DNA from: Eledone cirrhosa
Lineage: Eukaryota
Assembly: GCA_964016885.1 (NCBI GenBank)
Contig: OZ024745.1
Span: forward strand, 130,138,001-130,202,000
DNA length: 64,000 nt
Reading direction: 5' to 3'
Position numbers and translations under genes: made by a program. Positions 57,306 through 64,000 of this stretch are shown here, piece after piece. Below the pieces are notes generated by a model, which made no database searches, had not been told where the DNA came from, and saw only the letters and a list, made by a program, of their open reading frames with translations. The stretch's first letter is position 1. The number at the start of each line of letters is the position of its first letter.

Positions 57306-59266
57306 GCACACATAAATCACACACACATGCATAAACAAGCACATACAGACACATATATATTTATATAGTCCTGAGTATTTCCCCCTATCATCTTTTCCTT
57401 TTAAATTACTTCAGGTTAGGTTGTTAGAGGTCATTTGATAAGACATTAGACGAAAGTTCTTGTTATGTTTAGTTATGTCTGTTTATATTCTGCGTAGTCG
57501 GAAATATTTATTATCCATGAAAAGAACTAGTTTATAGATTTAATGTTAATAGCACAATAGTTAATTACGGCAAAACGGAGACACGCCAATGTTGACATTG
57601 CTGTAAACACTCGTTCCCCGTGTTAATAAATATCATATTTTCTTTCTACCTAAAACATATGCAGTAGAGGAATTTTATAAAATGTGAGTGTCTTGTCGCA
57701 TATAGGGGTTAATGCAACGACTACTGTGGGCACGTGGGCAACATTCAATTAGAACCTCATCAAATTTATCCCTGACAAGCATTAACACCAGCATGAGTGA
57801 GGCATCTATCATTAAATTCGAGTGGTCGTACAGCAGCTAACATCCATGGCGTCACAAACTCACCTCAACGCCATCAACAACCAAGATAACAGCTTGAACT
57901 GAAAAGAAGGGGCTTGTATTGCGTTAGATTGATCTGCCAGAAATAACACATAGCCCACTCTCGAATCACAGCATATACACTAAAATGTGAAAGGATACAT
58001 ATGTTTTACAGCACAGTCCTACATAAACAAGACATAATGTCGCAAATGTATTGTTCATTGACTTGCTAGATCAGGGTTTGTAAGGAATTTATCAGCAATA
58101 AAATAACATCAACAGCCAAGATGACCCTCTCCCACCAACAAAATTTATAATTCCCATTATAAACTCACTGCAGACAATTCTTATGAACTGACGTTCACAC
58201 CAATACGCTTTATTTAATTTAAACACGGTAAGCCTCCCTTAGCATCACACCCATACCCTGAAAACAGCCGCTTTACTTTAAGTAGCTATTGTATAGTTGA
58301 CATTAAATAAGTCTATAAACCAGTTCAGTCCATGTATAATAAACATGCTCGACAATGCAGAACATGACGTAGCTGCCATTTCTTAATGTTAGTGAGACGT
58401 CAGAGGGGGCAAAATTAAAATGATTGTGGTAGCAGATGGGAGTGAACTACAACACGCATATACAATGAGCAGTCTCAGCTAAGATATATTTGATATACTG
58501 ACCCACCTCTCCCCTTCCCTCTCATTTCCATATCTTTATATTTCTCTTTCGTTCGTTTTTGTTTTTTCTTGTTTTGATTTTTGCTCTCTTTTTTAACTAT
58601 CCAATGTTCACATCTCACACATTTTAGCCTGTTCACCATTTTAATCTGTTTTTCTAAATACATAGATTTCCACATCAAGCTATCTTTCTCTATAGCTATC
58701 TCTCACCGTATTTTACTATGATGAAGTGACACCTGCAGTGCTTATAGTTGCCGTAAGCTTGTGAGATATGAATAGAGACGTAATTTGCATCAGACATACA
58801 AACACTAATGAAATGTATATATATTTCCAAAACCTAAAATGATTAAAACATAAATAATCTCGAAGTACTACAGGTTAATTCACAAAATAAGTGTGGCGTC
58901 ATTTAAAGAAGAGAGCAGAACAGTAATTTTACAAGTTTATTTTATACAATTTTTCTGTGAGTTTTTATTCGGTCCCTTGTTTCCTTGATTAACATTCTAC
59001 TGGTCATATTGTCTATCATGTATAACTTCCCTTTCTTTGGCAATGTCTCTCGGAATATACATTCACACACAGGAACACACACATATATATGCACACGCCC
59101 ACAATCATAGAGGCACATATATATAGATATGTATATATATATACACACGGGCACATATATATATACATGTAAATACATATATACATATATATGAATATAT
59201 GTAGACCGAGAGGACAATCCGCATAAGGTAAAACATTTGTTCTCGGTAGGTATATTGAACTAACAG

Positions 59267-59410
<144 letters not shown>

Positions 59411-59439
59411 TTATATATATATATATTTATATATATATT

Positions 59440-59617
<178 letters not shown>

Positions 59618-59666
59618 TATATAAATATCAAGTAAGAATATTTTCGAAACAGCGAGTGGATTTGAA

Positions 59667-59814
59667 ATTATTAGAAATGTTAGCTATCGCCGTATATTGA
59701 CTAAAGAAATTAAAGAAATTATTAAGCCTGATAGTTAAGAACGCTCGGAGAAATGGAAATAATTTCTTTAATTTCTTTAGTCAAAATACGGCGATAGCTA
59801 ACATTTCTAATAAT
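59667..59814. repeat. 57-bp-arm inverted repeat between long (TA)n/(TAAA) tracts
   Basis: 59667-59723 mirrored at 59758-59814. Confidence 0.85.
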
Positions 59815-60028
59815 ATATAAATATATATATAAATATATATAAATATATATATATATATAAATATATATAAATATATATATATATAAATATATATAAATAT
59901 ATATATATATATAAATATATATAAATATAAATATATATAAATATATATATATATATATAAATATATATAAATATATATATATAAATATATATAAATATAT
60001 ATATATATATAAATATATATAAATATAT

Positions 60029-60059
<31 letters not shown>

Positions 60060-60110
60060 AATATATATATAAATATATATATATAAATATATATAAATAT
60101 ATATATAAAT

Positions 60111-60143
<33 letters not shown>

Positions 60144-60554
60144 CGAAGTTTAGTCTACATGTATTTAATTTTTAATTGTGAATCGACCAGTTAGCGCTTT
60201 TAGAAGAAGAAGAAGAAGAAGAAGAAGAAGAAGAAGATCACAACAGCAAATGACGATAGCGCCGCGATTGCATAATAATAATTACACAAAGAAATTATCA
60301 ATGTGGCTTGGTTCCGAGTTATATTTAACACTTTCAAACCAATGCTGTCTATTCAAAGTGGTAACATTTCCTTTCACCTCCCTCAGCAAATAAAGAAACA
60401 CACATTGAACTTTTCAATACATCATACTGTTTTCATTTCAAGCTTTCTTTCTTTTTCTTTTTTTTTCGTATCAAAACCAGATATAACCTAATCTACAAAC
60501 TTCAGACGTTTTACGCTGAAATTTACACACATATACCCACACACTCACACTCAC

Positions 60555-60589
<35 letters not shown>

Positions 60590-61048
60590 CACACACATAC
60601 ATACACACACAAACACACACACACACACACACATACATACACAACACACACATACACACATAAATGCACACACACATATACACACACCCATACACACACA
60701 TTTATATATAGAGAGAGATTTATGTATATATCAACTAGAAATTGATTGACATATGTATTTAAAATAAACACATGAAACAATCACAGGGGATAATCTGTAA
60801 AGTGTGTCATCACACATAGTTAGGTAGGTAACTAATTAAAGTTTAACTAGAGCTCGGATCTATTCATTGGAATCTTTGAGCTTATTCTACGGTGGATATG
60901 GCGCATGTCTCGGACATGACTCCCTTAATTTAATTTAATTTAATTAATTTTGTATATATATATATATATATAATTGGTGTTCGATGCTTAAAGCGTCCGT
61001 ATGCGGTAGGCCGTATGAGTACTCGATGCTCTCATAGAGCAGAGTATG

Positions 61049-61405
61049 ATATCACAGAAAAAAAGAGAATCAGTGTTGCGACGAATCGAATTTATTGGAC
61101 ATATTACAATCGTTTCTCTGGCGACCAGCTCGAGACACGATCGATGTGGTGATCAAACCTGACTCTGAAAATCGCAAGGCGTATCTGAGGACCTTGCAAT
61201 TTTCAGAGTCAGGTTCTATCATCACATCGATCGTGAGGAAAATCTGCTTCGTAGTATCCAGTCGTATCTGAAGACGTTGCGATTTTCAGATTCAGGTTCG
61301 ATTATCACATCGATCGTGCCTCGAGCTGGTCGCCAGAGAAACAATTGCAATATGTCCAATAAATTCCATTCGTCGCAAAACTGATTCTCGTTTTTTCTGT
61401 GATAT
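61049..61405. mobile_element. Family F fold-back element with long-stem-II hammerhead-like motif (61261-61356, +)
   Basis: ~130-bp inverted arms plus an internal partial third copy; GTCGTAT-CTGAAGA..GAAAC-AATT-GCA-ATATGTC-CAATAAA. Confidence 0.7.
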
Positions 61406-61530
61406 ATATATATATATATATATACATACTATATACGTATATATATATACATACTATATATATATACATACTATATATATATATATATGTATATATAGAT
61501 ACATACTATATATATATATACATATACACG

Positions 61531-61562
<32 letters not shown>

Positions 61563-61655
61563 TATATGTATATATATATATATATATATCCGTATGTGGT
61601 TGAGGGCTCAGAGAAAAGAGTACTCAATACCGAAGTAGAGCTTTAATATTCATTT

Positions 61656-61798
61656 TATTAAGGCTAAAATATGAGTCTTGTTACTCTGGAGTTTCGCCTG
61701 TTTATCACAGAATCATCAGAGAACAACGCTATTGAGTCACGACCCTGCGATAAAAAGGCAAAAATTCAGAGAAACAAGACTCACTATTAAGCCTTAAC
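61656..61798 (-). mobile_element. Small diverged fold-back with hammerhead-like core (61680-61727)
   Basis: Minus: GTTGTTCT-CTGATGA-TTCTGT GATAA ACAGGC-GAAAC-TCC-AGAGTAAC; 8-bp stem I but the cleavage triplet is irregular. Confidence 0.5.
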
Positions 61799-62327
61799 GA
61801 AATAAATAAATAAATATAGAAAGAGATGGATACGTGAGCATGTATTTAAACATGCATGCATACACGCTGCATGCACATGACATTTCTTGTCAACGTGTAA
61901 GGACATATGCAAATACATAAATAGTACTGTTCCTGTATTTTTGTACAATATGTAACATATGTAAACATATGTATGTGAGGAGAAGGATTCTTAGTACAAC
62001 GCAACAACATTTCAGAGAAATATCCGTGATACAAAATAAATAGGAATAGACACATAATGGCGCCAGTCATATTATAGTTGACAATTATTCGTCTTCGTCT
62101 CCCCTTCAAGCCATTGTATGCCCAGGCATTATTTGACAGGTAAGAAATGTCGGCTGCCTGATTGAAGTATTTTGTTAGCCTGAGCTTGCTTACGTATCAA
62201 ACAATGGCCGTTGTTCACATAGGCACCTCTAAAAAGAAATGAGGGGGAAATTAGTATAAACGTAAAAACATACTTACTACCTCGTATACAAATATTTATA
62301 CTTAAATACATGTCTAATGTCTATATC

Positions 62328-62364
<37 letters not shown>

Positions 62365-62406
62365 GAGTGAGAGAGAATGCGCCTGGGATTTTACTGCTCT
62401 CACTCT

Positions 62407-62462
<56 letters not shown>

Positions 62463-62619
62463 ATGTGTGTGTGTATGTGTGTGTGTGTGTGTGTGTGTGT
62501 AAATACATGAGTATATATATATATGCATACATGCATACACACGTAGAACCGCAGACACGCACGCACATAAGGTGATTTGAACTATAATATCTGTTTGGGT
62601 TATTCTATCTATCTATCTC

Positions 62620-62667
<48 letters not shown>

Positions 62668-63129
62668 TGTTTGTGTGTGTGTGAGAGAGAGAGGGTGTAA
62701 GTATAAATGACGAGGCGCTCAAGGCACGCGTTGAGAAGACTAGATTTTCAGCGTTTCTAGTCCACCCCAGGTTTGAAACACAATCATGCCATCTATACAT
62801 ATATTAATTGTTTGTATTTGACCTCTGTGTCGTACAATTTTCGTAATAATTTGTTAGGTGTGGGGAAAGCACAGACGGCAATCTTATTCATCATAAGATT
62901 GGGAGAACGAAGAGAAAAGTAGAACAATTTGATGGCTATCTTTACAATAGCTTTATTGTTGTCGGTAGTTACACCGAAGTCTTTATGTGGTTGGTATTTC
63001 TCAATTGAAGAGTATTTGGTAACTTACATAAATATTTTTTGCCAAAATGGATTGGATCAAATCTATCCTCGTATAGAACCATATTGTATCTTTTCCCTCC
63101 CGCCCAAATCTATCGAGGGCATGTACGGT

Positions 63130-63480
63130 TTTTCACATTATTGATGTCTTTCAGAATCTTAGTACCATCTGGAAGTTTCTTATTTTGCTGTGCATGATAA
63201 CGTCTATATTATTATTATTATGAATATTGAAAAAAGGGACTGGGTCCAACAAAATGCCATGTAGGACATCATTAATGATATTTGCTGAGCCTAAACTTAA
63301 TTATTTGACCACAACATGCTGGTTTCTTTTAAGCAGGAAATACACAATCTCCCAAGATAGATCCACCTTCATTACAAGGTGGACAATTTCTTTAACACAA
63401 CGCTGTGTTCGGCTCTGTCAAAGGTTTTTCTGAAATCAAGGCATGACATATGAATTGGAATGACATTAATGAGGTACAGA
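63130..63480 (-). mobile_element. Decayed LINE (CR1/L2-like) RT fragment
   Basis: Minus: CLDFRKTFDRAEHSVVLKKL...FLLKRNQHVVV...DVLHGILLDPVPF, degenerate LDFxKAFDxVxH and GVPQGSxLGP motifs. Confidence 0.65.
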
Positions 63481-63671
63481 AAATGTATTAATTGGTACCT
63501 GCCAACGCGACAGCCATACCGACTGCCATGTTGATAGCTGCGTTCGAGAAAGCGACATTTTCTCGGCACCACCGCCCTCCGATGATAATTGGTGACATGA
63601 CTATGTATATGTACATATATATATATATATATAAAAATATGTATTTATATATATATATATATAAAAATATG

Positions 63672-63734
<63 letters not shown>

Positions 63735-63805
63735 CCCACTCTACTACCCTAAGTATTGAGTACTTTGGTGCGTTATGGTTCCTTACCACATTTCGTTCGT
63801 TATAT

Positions 63806-63887
<82 letters not shown>

Positions 63888-63895
63888 TCATGAAT

Positions 63896-63926
<31 letters not shown>

Positions 63927-64000
63927 AATAAATAAGTCGGACATGTGAATTTGGCTTCGTTTATTATAAATTCTCTGCTATATATATTTCGCTGACAACT

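Overview
AT-rich, microsatellite-saturated eukaryotic (animal) DNA with no recognisable host protein-coding gene and no prokaryotic features. The SINE/RTE repertoire and (TA)n load resemble cephalopod (octopus-like) genomes, which is an inference only. Contents: one near full-length RTE-clade LINE (APE + RT, two frameshifts, ~23.9-27.3 kb); fragments of RTE, CR1/L2-like and CRE-like LINEs; a Penelope-type GIY-YIG fragment; tRNA-derived SINEs; a ~610-bp non-autonomous retroelement family (6 copies); a hAT-type MITE; 5S rRNA and tRNA-Val pseudogenes; and several minisatellites. The most notable signal is a dense, diverse set of type I hammerhead ribozyme motifs: about 10 readable by eye plus several decayed ones, in many unrelated sequence contexts. 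Many sit in fold-back (inverted-repeat) cassettes inserted in (TA)n tracts. Three families carry an unusually long branched stem II, and one lies in a ~480-bp unit bounded by 22-bp direct repeats (retrozyme/pLTR-like). All folds were read by eye and coordinates are hand-counted. Most ORF-track entries are microsatellite artefacts.
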